Shown one piece after another: positions 9,592-19,021 of a stretch of 37,487 nucleotides of DNA. The stretch comes from a virus. Its lineage: Duplodnaviria; Caudoviricetes. A program made the position numbers and the translations under genes. The stretch covers positions 1 to 37,487 of the IMG/VR virus record IMGVR_UViG_3300010005_000039; one strand, 5' to 3'. A model generated the notes under the pieces. That model saw nothing but the letters and a program-made list of their open reading frames with translations. It made no database searches and was not told where the DNA came from. The stretch's first letter is position 1; each line of letters begins with the position of its first letter.

Positions 9592-10194
9592 TCAAGCGAC
9601 CGGCCCGGTCGTTCCGCCGCCGACGGTCACGCCGGTATGCGTGGACGTCTTGCCGACATCCTTGCCGTCATGGGTCAGTTGGCCCCCAGTCTGGTCGAAG
9701 CCTGACCCGGTGAAGGCGAAGGTCGTGCCACCGACAGACATCGTCAGACCGCTGCCGGAGAATTCGAAGCTCGCCCCGCCGATCGTAACAGTCAGCTTGC
9801 CGTCGACGACTTCGGCGCGAACGCCGGCATCCTCAAAGACATTGGCCTCCATGTTCGAATTCGGGCTTGGCAAGGCATCGGAGTAGCCGCCGCGAAGCAT
9901 CAGCGCCTGGCGGATATCGCCGCCCGGAGAGAGCAGGACCACTGGCTGGCCCTTCTTGAGCGGTATCGACGTCTTGTTTCCTTCGGGAAACGGAAGCCAT
10001 CCGGAGAGATAGGGCTGTCCATCCGTGCCCTCGCCGAGCTTGACGCGATAGCCGTTGGCCGCGTCGATCTCCTCGACCGCGCCTTCCTTCACCATGCGGC
10101 TGAACGCGCTTTTGAGAAAATGCACGTCGCGCAACACCGGCTGGATCGCGTCGGCCACGATCTTGGCGAGCATGTCGCCCATATCACCGCCCAT
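9592..10194 (-). CDS. Baseplate assembly protein V (spike)
   Basis: OB-fold-like G.VEEID...RV and GQPVVLLSPGGD motifs, beta-strand repeats, Gly-rich tip; start uncertain (10212, 10194 or later). Confidence 0.88.
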   Translation of the reverse strand: MGGDMGDMLAKIVADAIQPVLRDVHFLKSAFSRMVKEGAVEEIDAANGYRVKLGEGTDGQPYLSGWLPFPEGNKTSIPLKKGQPVVLLSPGGDIRQALMLRGGYSDALPSPNSNMEANVFEDAGVRAEVVDGKLTVTIGGASFEFSGSGLTMSVGGTTFAFTGSGFDQTGGQLTHDGKDVGKTSTHTGVTVGGGTTGPVA

Positions 10195-10196
10195 CG

Positions 10197-11009
10197 TCAG
10201 CCCTCCGGCCAATCGTCGGCGCTGCCCGGCGTGACGACGGAATCGAGCCCATCGATATCGATGGTCGCATCGGCGAAGTCATCACCGCCGGTTTCCAGCA
10301 CGTTAAGCCCGAGCGCCGCGAATGCCGTCGACGACAGCGCCGCCGAGGCTTGCAGGCGCACCGTCTCGTCGGTACTTGCAGCCTTGGCGAACAAATCGCG
10401 CCAGATCGTCACGATGTCGGCGTAATCAGTTATGGCGGCAGCGGCGGTCAGGATCCTGTCGATATCCTCTGGCAGCCCCTCACCGAAATCCGGCTCCGCG
10501 ATCGCGGTGCCGTCAATCTCATAAACCCGGGCGGCATATTTCCGCCCGCCTTCGGGATCCGTGATGCGGATATCCCTGACCCGCCCGATCAACGGCACCA
10601 GTTGCCGGAACCGGTCGCCCCATTCATTGGCGGGATCAACCAGTGCTTGTTTCCACTGCCGGTCGAGAATGTTGAGCGTCGCCTCGCGTGCCGCATCGGT
10701 CGATCCAATCTCGGTCTCGATCTCTTCGACTTCCTCGCCTTCGCCCGTAACGACGGCGTAGCTGACCTTGGTCGCGACAACGACCTGGACATAGAGCTTG
10801 AACGCGCTCGTGCGCCCGAAGAAACCATGGTCGTGTTTGTCGTTCTGGTCGCTCTCCTCGATCGAGCATGCGATGACTGGCTGATCGCCGGCAAAATCGA
10901 TCGTGCCCATGCCCGCGATATTGCTGTCGAGCACATGCGGACCGGCGAGCGTGTGCCCACGGATCGCCCGCACCATCGCGATCTGGGCCAGTTGGCGGAC
11001 AAGGCTCAT
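10197..11009 (-). CDS. Hypothetical neck / tail-terminator-position protein
   Basis: 270 aa, coupled to neighbouring genes; function inferred from position only. Confidence 0.65.
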   Translation of the reverse strand: MSLVRQLAQIAMVRAIRGHTLAGPHVLDSNIAGMGTIDFAGDQPVIACSIEESDQNDKHDHGFFGRTSAFKLYVQVVVATKVSYAVVTGEGEEVEEIETEIGSTDAAREATLNILDRQWKQALVDPANEWGDRFRQLVPLIGRVRDIRITDPEGGRKYAARVYEIDGTAIAEPDFGEGLPEDIDRILTAAAAITDYADIVTIWRDLFAKAASTDETVRLQASAALSSTAFAALGLNVLETGGDDFADATIDIDGLDSVVTPGSADDWPEG

Positions 11010-11383
11010 CAGTTCGCCTTCGAAACGTAGAGGATGACTGCGCCATTGCCGTCTTCGCCGACCCGGACGATTTCATGAACCTCGCCATCGGCGCGCTCGA
11101 TGCGATCACTCTTGGCCGGCAGCCACAAGAGTGCCCCGCGCGCTATCGAAAAAGACGGATTGCTTTCGGCCAACACCATCAGCGGTCCCATCTTGTCGCC
11201 ACCGCCGAGCTTCGGTGTATCAAGCGCTTGGTCGAACCGGGCGGCAATGTCCTCCATCACCGCCCGATTCGGGTCCGCCACCACCTTCATCTCCCCAGCC
11301 TTCATCGGCCGGATCGTCACCACCTCGCCAAAGGTCTCGCGCGTCAGGCGGACCAGACGCGCTTTTGCTATGGCGAAGTCCAT
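11009..11383 (-). CDS. Head-tail joining protein (lambda FII-like)
   Basis: 124 aa beta-rich; FGE.VT...D.I.....EIV.V..DG.G...L pattern; follows the capsid gene. Confidence 0.7.
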   Translation of the reverse strand: MDFAIAKARLVRLTRETFGEVVTIRPMKAGEMKVVADPNRAVMEDIAARFDQALDTPKLGGGDKMGPLMVLAESNPSFSIARGALLWLPAKSDRIERADGEVHEIVRVGEDGNGAVILYVSKAN

Positions 11384-11395
11384 CGCGTCGCCGCC

Positions 11396-12448
11396 TCAGT
11401 TCGAGGTCGTCAGTTCGACGATGCACTCCGGCTGCTTGCAGACAGCGAGCGCGTTCGACTGGCTCTTGAGTTCGATACCCTCGCCGTGGTCGAGCTGCTT
11501 GGTGGTGATCAAGATCATCTCGTCCCCCTCACCATCCGGCGTCATGTTGAGCCGGTCCATATGGAAGAACGGTCCGTCGAAGGTCCGCATCATGTTCTGG
11601 GTTCCGGTCGGATAGGCATTGCCTTTGCCGGTAGGCACGTTGGCGGCATTGGTGATCGAGCCGACGGCATCCTTCACCGGCAGGCTGCCCTTGTATTCGC
11701 GGAACAGGATATCGCTGAATTCGAACACCCGACCCCAGTTGCCCCCAAGCTGCTCGCGCGAGATCAGGCTGTGCACGCCGGCGTTCTGCGCATTGAGCCA
11801 GAACTTCTCGACTTTCTCGTGCACGATCAGTTTGGAGAAGAAGGTCGGAGAGACGATCGCCTCGACGTTGCCCATCGTCTCGCCCTGCACATGGGTCTGG
11901 ACGTGATCGCGAACTTCTTCGCACTTGTCCATGATGTTGGTGGCGGAGGTGCCCAACGTGAAATCCACCACCTTCTTGGTGATGCCGAAGACGTCATAGA
12001 GGTCGTAGAGCGTTCGGCCCTTACCGTCCTTGATCAGGCCGCGCAGTGCGCCGAGCCGGATATATTCGCGCGTGATCGAATGCTTGCGTCGGATATTGAG
12101 CAGCTTCGCCGCGAGCTGCCGGTCGATCGAGTCAGGGGTTGCCACGCCGTTGACGATGACAAGCATGTTGTCGACATCATCGGGGCCGATCCGGTCGATA
12201 TGCGGGAAATGCGGGATCTCGAGGATGATGAAGTTCTCGGTATCGTCGGCGCCGACGTCACCCTGTGCACCGCGCGGCTCGGCCGCCAGCACGTAGATCT
12301 CGCCGTCCTTGTAGCCGATCTTGACGAACTTCGACGCCTTGGTCTCGTTGGGAAACAGGCCCAGCGCATTGAGCAGGCCGAACATGTTGGGGATGCGGTT
12401 GACCTCCTGGGTCACTTCCACATCGGTGTAAGGCAGTAGGATTTCCAT
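11396..12448 (-). CDS. Major capsid protein (lambda gpE family)
   Basis: 350 aa; IPHFPH.D.I, T.EY.RLGAL.G.I.D, DLY..FG and QSN.L..C..P motifs. Confidence 0.95.
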   Translation of the reverse strand: MEILLPYTDVEVTQEVNRIPNMFGLLNALGLFPNETKASKFVKIGYKDGEIYVLAAEPRGAQGDVGADDTENFIILEIPHFPHIDRIGPDDVDNMLVIVNGVATPDSIDRQLAAKLLNIRRKHSITREYIRLGALRGLIKDGKGRTLYDLYDVFGITKKVVDFTLGTSATNIMDKCEEVRDHVQTHVQGETMGNVEAIVSPTFFSKLIVHEKVEKFWLNAQNAGVHSLISREQLGGNWGRVFEFSDILFREYKGSLPVKDAVGSITNAANVPTGKGNAYPTGTQNMMRTFDGPFFHMDRLNMTPDGEGDEMILITTKQLDHGEGIELKSQSNALAVCKQPECIVELTTSN

Positions 12449-12466
12449 TGGAAAACACCTCGTTGG

Positions 12467-12526
12467 ACGAAAGCCCGGAAGTCCCGGTTTCGTGGATCAG
12501 GATATGGGCCGGGCGGATGCCCGGCC
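12467..12526 (-). other. Two stem-loops in the decoration-capsid intergenic region
   Basis: Perfect 8-bp stem GGCCGGGC-N4-GCCCGGCC (12507-12526) and an imperfect ACGAAA..CCGG..CCGG..TTTCGT stem (12467-12493) upstream of the capsid RBS. Confidence 0.55.
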
Positions 12527-12544
12527 GGTTTCGGGGAATGCGCG

Positions 12545-13252
12545 TCAGACGCGGATCAGGATGCCGAGCGATTCGGCCTGGGCCTTGGCCGCCGCCTTCT
12601 CGCTGTCAGTGAGATCCTCGGGCCAGATCACGCCGCCGTCGCGCAGGATCGCCTGTCGACGGATGGCGATGCCGTCGGTCGTGTTGTCGACACCATCGAG
12701 CGCTGTCACCGCATTGGCGGCAAAACCCCAGATGTTCTGGCTGCCGTCGGTGGCATCGGGCGACCAGGCGACCACCTTGCCGTCGTCGTCACCAGCTGCC
12801 TGGCTGAGCGTCACGGTGAAGCCATCGCCCACGACGAAGTTGGCCGTCGCATGCGCAATCGTGAACTTGATCGCCTTGCTGAAGGCCGCCCCGCCGGTCG
12901 CGGTACCGACAATGACACCATCAGGATCTTCAACCCGGAACTTCGACGTTCCATCCGCACCACCGACGGTGCAATTGATCTGGTAGATGCCGAGCTTGGC
13001 GCCAGCCGCGAAGGCGGGATTGGCCAGCGTCAATGCGCCGCCACCGGTATTGCCGGCATTGGCGGCCTGACCCGCCGAAACGGTACCGCCGCCGGTGATC
13101 TTGCCGAGCGGCGTTCCGATGATGATCGCCCGGTCGGCACCGTCGCCGGCCAGTAGCGTGAAGCTCTCGATGGAATACTCGCGATGCGGCATCCACTTGA
13201 GCACGTTGGAGAGATTTGCGGGCTTCGAGGCCCGGTAAACTGCAAGAGACAT
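12545..13252 (-). CDS. Head decoration protein (lambda gpD/HDPD-like) with an internal insertion
   Basis: GTPLGKIT ... W.P.ATDGSQ motifs separated by about 100 extra Gly/Ala-rich residues; lies between protease and capsid. Confidence 0.85.
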   Translation of the reverse strand: MSLAVYRASKPANLSNVLKWMPHREYSIESFTLLAGDGADRAIIIGTPLGKITGGGTVSAGQAANAGNTGGGALTLANPAFAAGAKLGIYQINCTVGGADGTSKFRVEDPDGVIVGTATGGAAFSKAIKFTIAHATANFVVGDGFTVTLSQAAGDDDGKVVAWSPDATDGSQNIWGFAANAVTALDGVDNTTDGIAIRRQAILRDGGVIWPEDLTDSEKAAAKAQAESLGILIRV

Positions 13253-13281
13253 GATTGCGATCCTCTTGGTTCAGCCGGCCC

Positions 13282-14337
13282 TTAAGCCGTGCGCTTCATG
13301 TTGGCGATCCGGCGATCGACCGCAGCCGACAGTCCGGACTTGCCGCCGGTCTTGTCGCCGCCGGTCACCGGCTGGGTGAGACTGGCCGCAGCGAGCCGCT
13401 GCTGCTCGTAACCCGTTGCCGGGTCCGTAGTGGTGGCAGCGGCCTTGGGCGCTGCGGTCAGTGCCGCGGCGACATCGTCGACGGACATGTCCGTGTTGTA
13501 GGCGAAGTGTTCCGCGAGGGTTTCGCGGCCCTTGGCTTCCGCATGAGTCACGATCGCCTTGATGCGATCCTTGGTTTCGGCCTTGGCCTTGTCGGCCGCG
13601 GCGGCAACTGCCTTCTCGGTTTCGGCGGCCGTAATGTCCGCCTGCGTTTTGTCGCTCATATCAGGGATCTCCTTTGTCTGAGCTGTTGAGGGCTTGGCGG
13701 ACGCCGTTGCCCGGGATGACGGTCTGTCGCGAGACCAGTCCTTCTGCTTGGCGAGCGCCACCAGCCGTGCGGGCGCATTCGCATAGATCGAATAATCGTA
13801 GGCGGCAGCGGCCTTGGCCTTCTTGTCGTTGGCAGCGGTGGCAAAGCCACGCTCGACGGCCTCGTCGGCGGACAGCCAGGTCTCCGCCTTCATGTCGGCC
13901 CGCAGGTCCTCGACATCCTCGCCAGTCGCGTCGGCATAGATTCCGGCAATATTGTCGGCCTGAGTTTCGAGCGCCCGAACCGCCTTCTCCATGTCGTCGG
14001 CAGTTCCCCACACGACAGTGGAGGGATCATGGATCATGATTGAGGAGCCCTTGCGCATGATGCGCTCCTCCCCGGCCATGGCGATGACCGACGCACTCGA
14101 CGCCGCAAGCGAGTCCACGATGACGGTCACTTTGCCCTTGTGGTTCGACAGGGCATTGAAGATCGCGATACCCTCGTCGACATAACCACCGCCGGAGTTG
14201 ATCCGGACTGTGAGATCTTCATCCCGCCCATGCTCGGCGAGACCGTCGATCACCTCGCGGGCCGTAAACCCGTCACCCCAGAAGCTGTCGCCGACGAACC
14301 CGTATAGGATCATCTCGCCATTCACCAAAATTGTCAT
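13282..14337 (-). CDS. ClpP-type head maturation protease with C-terminal scaffold region
   Basis: INSGGG, AASSASVIAMAG, MIHDP and ETWLSADEAVERGFA motifs; Ala-rich C-terminus. Confidence 0.95.
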   Translation of the reverse strand: MTILVNGEMILYGFVGDSFWGDGFTAREVIDGLAEHGRDEDLTVRINSGGGYVDEGIAIFNALSNHKGKVTVIVDSLAASSASVIAMAGEERIMRKGSSIMIHDPSTVVWGTADDMEKAVRALETQADNIAGIYADATGEDVEDLRADMKAETWLSADEAVERGFATAANDKKAKAAAAYDYSIYANAPARLVALAKQKDWSRDRPSSRATASAKPSTAQTKEIPDMSDKTQADITAAETEKAVAAAADKAKAETKDRIKAIVTHAEAKGRETLAEHFAYNTDMSVDDVAAALTAAPKAAATTTDPATGYEQQRLAAASLTQPVTGGDKTGGKSGLSAAVDRRIANMKRTA

Positions 14338-14349
14338 GGTCAGTCCTCG

Positions 14350-14616
14350 TCAGTACCGCATCACCGTGCGGTAGCGGGCACGCTTGCCCGTGGTTTTCGC
14401 CTGGCAGGCGCCGGCCAGCCGGGTCAATTCCTTCTCGAGCTGGCCGAGATTGGCCGGGCTCACCCGCATCATCTCGCGGCTGACCGGCGACTGGATCGAG
14501 AGTTCCTCGACATGCTCCCCGGCGAGGATCTTCAGCTTGACGGCGAACAGCGCCTGGTAGAGCGCGCATGGATCGTCCATGTCGACGGTGGCGCCGTTGA
14601 TGACAACCGTGCTCAC
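14350..14616 (-). CDS. Head-tail adaptor (lambda gpW-like)
   Basis: 88 aa, helix-hairpin-helix-like pattern with basic C-terminus, adjacent to portal. Confidence 0.6.
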   Translation of the reverse strand: MSTVVINGATVDMDDPCALYQALFAVKLKILAGEHVEELSIQSPVSREMMRVSPANLGQLEKELTRLAGACQAKTTGKRARYRTVMRY

Positions 14617-16220
14617 GCTGCCTTCTCCTTGTTGTCCTTGCCCTCCTGTGAGGGCATCGAGCCGGCCTTCCGGTCGAAGGGGCTCGGCACATCGGCGTCC
14701 ACGAACTTTCTGTGCCAGTTGACCCGGCTTTCGAAGGCGTCTTCAGGGTCGATACCCTTCGCCGCGCATTCGACCTCGTAGGTCGAGGTGCCATTGAGCA
14801 GGCGCTCGGTCACCGCGCGATCGCGCTTCTCGTCGTCGGCCGACGGCTTCGGCGGCGGAATCAGTTCAGCCCAGGTCAGCGCCTCGCGATTGGCCGCGAA
14901 CACCGCCGCACCTTGTTTGAAGGGAATACGGCCCTCGCCAATCTCCTCGTCGAGCCAACTGGCGAACGGCACGAGATAGTTCGGCGCCACGATCCTATCG
15001 GTGCGACGCACCGCCATCGGATATACGGCGGCATTCTCCATGTTGGTCGAGGCGTAACTCGCGCTCTCGAAGTCAAGTGTATAGCCGCCATAGGACACGC
15101 CCAGCGCCCGGGCCGTGTTGCGGCTGATCACCTTGCGGAACGGCGCATAGTCGGCGCCGGGTACTGTGAGGTTCTTGAAGTCAAGTTTCTCGCCCGGCGC
15201 CATGTTCGAGATGCCGGGCCGGTCACCGACCTTGATCTCTCCTTCGGCCGCCTTGTCGAGCTGCGCCTTGAAATAGTTGACGAAGTCGCTGGCGACCGCG
15301 TCGGCACCAGTCGCGCCGGCCTCTTTGAGTGCCTCAAGGCCTTCGAAGGCATCGGCGCTCGGGCTCTCCGATGTGAGCACGATGGCATACATCGTCTGAA
15401 GGAACATGGTCTGGGCCACAGCGTCGTCGACGTTCTCGCCCATCAGGTAGGAGCGGAACGTCGCTGCAAGCGGCGAGATCCCGCGTTCGTCCTCGGCCGA
15501 AACCGGATCGAACACATGCACGAACAATTGCCGGCCACTGCGATCATATGCCGGCAGGTCGACCTTGCTGGTGATGCCGCGGTCGCGCACGGAACAACGA
15601 TAGGCGGCAACCCGGCCGTTTCGGTCGCGTTTCACGCCCTGAAACAGCCCATCCATCTCGCTGGTGTCCTGCACTAGCCGAGTCGGCGAGAACACGGAAT
15701 ACTTCGTGCCGGTCCGCAGCCCGTACTGGCCGCGCATCCCTTGCCCCATATAATCGACGACGCCGCAGCTTTCGCCGAAGGCGAGCCAGTTGCGGATCGA
15801 CAGGTCCGCCTGCTGCGGAATCGTCCAGTCGCCCTTGCCGTGGCACTCGCGACGATCCCAGCACCACAGCCGGAACCGTTCGCGCACAAGCTTCTTGAAT
15901 GCCTTGGCCTCTTCGGGCGAATAGCCGAAGGGCTCAAGGTTTGGATTGTAGTTGACCAGCAGCTCGATGCCACAGCTGTCGGCGATCATCTGGTCGGCCA
16001 CGCCCTTGAGCTGGCCGGAATTCTGGATCATGTCCATGGCAAGCGCACCCGCCCGCCGCCACACCCGCCGCACCTCGTCGCGATGCTCGGTCAACGATGC
16101 CGGTCGCGACGCGATGACGGCGGACCGCGTATCGCGCAGATACGACGCCTGCGGCCGGACCGGCTGGACGCTATGCACAGCGCTGCCGGCCTGCACCCTG
16201 ACCCTCGGCTTATCCGTCAT
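14613..16220 (-). CDS. Portal protein, lambda family
   Basis: GV..D..GR..AY, RGISPLA, GVSY..YT.D...SYAS and D..K motifs; ATG 16220 overlaps the terminase stop. Confidence 0.93.
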   Translation of the reverse strand: MTDKPRVRVQAGSAVHSVQPVRPQASYLRDTRSAVIASRPASLTEHRDEVRRVWRRAGALAMDMIQNSGQLKGVADQMIADSCGIELLVNYNPNLEPFGYSPEEAKAFKKLVRERFRLWCWDRRECHGKGDWTIPQQADLSIRNWLAFGESCGVVDYMGQGMRGQYGLRTGTKYSVFSPTRLVQDTSEMDGLFQGVKRDRNGRVAAYRCSVRDRGITSKVDLPAYDRSGRQLFVHVFDPVSAEDERGISPLAATFRSYLMGENVDDAVAQTMFLQTMYAIVLTSESPSADAFEGLEALKEAGATGADAVASDFVNYFKAQLDKAAEGEIKVGDRPGISNMAPGEKLDFKNLTVPGADYAPFRKVISRNTARALGVSYGGYTLDFESASYASTNMENAAVYPMAVRRTDRIVAPNYLVPFASWLDEEIGEGRIPFKQGAAVFAANREALTWAELIPPPKPSADDEKRDRAVTERLLNGTSTYEVECAAKGIDPEDAFESRVNWHRKFVDADVPSPFDRKAGSMPSQEGKDNKEKAA

Positions 16221-18184
16221 TTCCGCTTCTTCCACCTGTTCTCAGCCGGCTTCTGGCTTGCCGCGGCGTTTGCCGGAGGCGTGGTCTCCGGCACAGCTTC
16301 ACGGCCCGCCGAGACTGAGGCGGCAAAGAGACCGTCCTCGAAATCGAGTTGCTGGTCGGCGACCGGTGCCTCACGCTCGGCCTCGATCCGGTCCCAGATT
16401 GCATCCGGCAGACCGCGAATGCCGTAGAGAATTGCGGCGACCTCGGCCTGGTTCATCGTGTCCAACATTTCGTTGGCCTGGTTGGGATCCTTCTCCCATT
16501 TGTATTCGGTGAAGCCATCCTTTCGGCGCTTCGGCACCCGACGCTCCGATGTCAGCTGACGGTAATAGTCGTCCTCGAGACCCGTCGGGAAACTCACATA
16601 GCCACGCTCGATCGGATCTTCCTTGCCGCAGTTGCGGTAGAGAGACATTTTCAGGGTCGAAGCGTTGAAGTTGTAAAACCGCTTCGAATATTTCAGGATC
16701 TTGCCGGTCTTGTTGCTGCGTTCTTTCTTCACCCGGGCGACCAGTGGCGCCGTCTCGAGGTTCGAACCGCGGACCATGACCAGCCTGGAGGCCGGGTGCC
16801 TGCGCGCCCATTCCCAGACGTCTTCGGTATAGGCGTTGCCGTCGATCCCTGCCTTGTCAGGCTGGATCCGCTGGCCGTATTCATTCTGCCATCTCTGGAT
16901 CAGCAGCGCGTCCAGACGGGTGCGGGTCGTTTCGTCCGAGATGTGGCCGGGAACGACCCCGTAGTCGACCACGAAGCGGCGAAGATCCCGTGCCCAGGCA
17001 ATAAGCTGCCATTCAACGCGGTCGTCCTGGCAGTCTATGCCCAACGTCAGCACCAGGCCGCCGGTCGGGATCCTGCCACGAGGGCGCTGCGATTTGGCAC
17101 CGCGGTCGCGCAGCGTTTCCCAGGGCGGCGCCTCGCCGGTCGCGACATAGGCGCGCCCAACCGTATCGTTCAGGAACGTCTGCTCGGACGCCGGGTCACC
17201 CTTGGCGCTCAGCCATTCCCGGGCGATGCGCTCCCAGCTCTGCAGCGGGCTGTAGGCCGACCAGATGTAGAACGATCGATGAAAGCGCTTCTGCTTGCTG
17301 TTGCGAGCCCGCCATTCCAGCCCGTCCAGCATTTGCTGGCGGTGATATTCCTGGATCTCGGTGCCGCACTCGATGCAGGTGAAATGCGCCTTCTCCGGAT
17401 GGTCCTCGTCCAGGTTGGCCAGCATGTTCTCCCATTCGAGAACTTGCATATGCTCGCAGTGCGGACACGGGATGTACGGATATTCCTGGCTGCCATCCTC
17501 GAAATTCTTGGTGATCCGGCAACCGGGCATCACCAGTGGCGTCGAGATCTTGAGGATCTTCGCCTCTTCGACGCCACGCGAGCGGCTGTCGGACTGTGTC
17601 TCCGGATCGCCACCGGAATTGTTTTCCCACTTGGACAGGTCGTCCTGGACCTGCCGCACCACCGTGACCTGGTCGATGGTCGCGTTGGCACCCATGATCA
17701 GGATGCCGCCGCGCTTATCGAGCCGCTCCTTGAACAGGATGCTGTCGCTCTGGTCCCGGCTCTTCATCGGGAACTGACGATTAAGCGTGGTCGTGTTGCG
17801 AAGCAGCGGGGACAGCTTCATCCGGCTCCAGTATTCCGCCTTCGTCACCGTCGGGTGCACGAAGAGGAACCACGACGGATCCATCTCCATGGAGCCGCCG
17901 GTGTAGATCGTGGCGATGACGGTCGCACCGATCTGCGCCGACTTCAGCATCGTGACGACACGGCAAAGATCGTCCGGCGAAAGCGCGCGCAACGGCTCAT
18001 CGAAATATCGGAACAGGCGCCGGTTGTAGGGACCGGGATAGTCAGGGCTCTCGAGCTTGGAGAAGACGATATTGTCTTCCGCCCAGCGCAGGAAGTCGAC
18101 ATTGTCCGCTGGTTGCAGCACCTCCGCCAGCACGTCATGAGCGATGCGCTCGGCACTGGCCGTATCCACAACGATCTGGTTCAT
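16217..18184 (-). CDS. Terminase large subunit (GpA family)
   Basis: Walker A KSAQIGAT, KISTP, PCPHC.H.Q.L.W, C..CG, F.N..G, GIDCQ and NE.LD motifs; start 18184 after a GAGG RBS. Confidence 0.96.
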   Translation of the reverse strand: MNQIVVDTASAERIAHDVLAEVLQPADNVDFLRWAEDNIVFSKLESPDYPGPYNRRLFRYFDEPLRALSPDDLCRVVTMLKSAQIGATVIATIYTGGSMEMDPSWFLFVHPTVTKAEYWSRMKLSPLLRNTTTLNRQFPMKSRDQSDSILFKERLDKRGGILIMGANATIDQVTVVRQVQDDLSKWENNSGGDPETQSDSRSRGVEEAKILKISTPLVMPGCRITKNFEDGSQEYPYIPCPHCEHMQVLEWENMLANLDEDHPEKAHFTCIECGTEIQEYHRQQMLDGLEWRARNSKQKRFHRSFYIWSAYSPLQSWERIAREWLSAKGDPASEQTFLNDTVGRAYVATGEAPPWETLRDRGAKSQRPRGRIPTGGLVLTLGIDCQDDRVEWQLIAWARDLRRFVVDYGVVPGHISDETTRTRLDALLIQRWQNEYGQRIQPDKAGIDGNAYTEDVWEWARRHPASRLVMVRGSNLETAPLVARVKKERSNKTGKILKYSKRFYNFNASTLKMSLYRNCGKEDPIERGYVSFPTGLEDDYYRQLTSERRVPKRRKDGFTEYKWEKDPNQANEMLDTMNQAEVAAILYGIRGLPDAIWDRIEAEREAPVADQQLDFEDGLFAASVSAGREAVPETTPPANAAASQKPAENRWKKRK

Positions 18185-18191
18185 GCCGGCC

Positions 18192-18824
18192 TCATTCCGA
18201 CACGACGTCGGTGTCTTCTGCCTCGAGCACGGTCTCGGCAACAGCGTCGATGCTGACGGCCCTTTCCCGCATCTTGCGGGCGGCATTCTCCCGAACCTTG
18301 CGAAACTCTGCCTTCAGCAGATGCTTCAGGTCACGCTGCGGCAGCTCGAACTTGGCTGCGATGGCGGTCGACATGTCCGTCAGCCCGCCCTCGAACACGT
18401 CGAGCATGGCGGCAGCGATAGCGGACATCTGCGTCTTGGCATCGGCCGTCCGCATCAACAGGCCGCTTGTCCTGGCATCCTCGATCGCGGCATTTCGCTC
18501 GGCGCGCTGCAGTTGCTTGAGCTTCTGCTGCTTGATCTCGTAGTCGACACCCCTGACCGTTTCGGTGGGCGCCGAAGGCGGCTCTGACGATGGTGTCTCT
18601 GGCTCGCCATCGAGGCGCGTCTCGATGCCATTGCCCAGCCGCTGCGATACATCGAGCGTCAGCCGCAGGTCTGCTCGCGCCTGGTCGACTCTGATCTTCG
18701 CCGAGCGACCCGTGCCTTCGAGAGCAGCCGGGGAGATCTTGCCCTCGGTGAGATATTGGCTCACCCGTCCCGGCGAGACGCCGATGATCCGGGCAAACTC
18801 GCCCTTGCTGACCGCTATCGTCAT
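18192..18824 (-). CDS. Terminase small subunit (Nu1-like)
   Basis: N-terminal HTH SKGEFARIIGVSPGRVSQY, coiled coil, directly upstream of GpA. Confidence 0.85.
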   Translation of the reverse strand: MTIAVSKGEFARIIGVSPGRVSQYLTEGKISPAALEGTGRSAKIRVDQARADLRLTLDVSQRLGNGIETRLDGEPETPSSEPPSAPTETVRGVDYEIKQQKLKQLQRAERNAAIEDARTSGLLMRTADAKTQMSAIAAAMLDVFEGGLTDMSTAIAAKFELPQRDLKHLLKAEFRKVRENAARKMRERAVSIDAVAETVLEAEDTDVVSE

Positions 18825-18850
18825 GTCGATGTCTGGTCCGCCCTCGGCGA

Positions 18851-18992
18851 ATTTACCTTAAACTTTAGGACTTTAGCCCCGGCTTTAGATTTTTAGGCTT
18901 CAAATTTAGTCTGAAACTGGCGGAATCTCGGGAGCTTCTACGCCCGCAGGGGGTCGGTTGAGGGGTACGGTCCCTTGCCCCGGGGGGTGGGT
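18851..18992. other. Candidate cos/packaging region with five TTTAG repeats
   Basis: Non-coding gap upstream of terS; TTTAG at 18864, 18872, 18884, 18892 and 18905, next to a G/C-run segment; same position as lambda cos. Confidence 0.55.
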
Positions 18993-19021
18993 GTGTCCCT
19001 CCCGCCACACCTTCCGAGGGG

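Noticed and set aside
12449-12544. Hammerhead-like look (CTGAT and CGAAAC near hairpins) upstream of the capsid gene
   Set aside because: The core reads CUGAUCC rather than CUGANGA, and the stems do not form the three-way junction
908-18256. Long plus-strand ORFs (908-2155, 4217-5707, 11075-12439, 14712-15677, 16349-18256)
   Set aside because: Antisense shadows of well-supported minus-strand genes, expected with high GC3; no recognisable motifs
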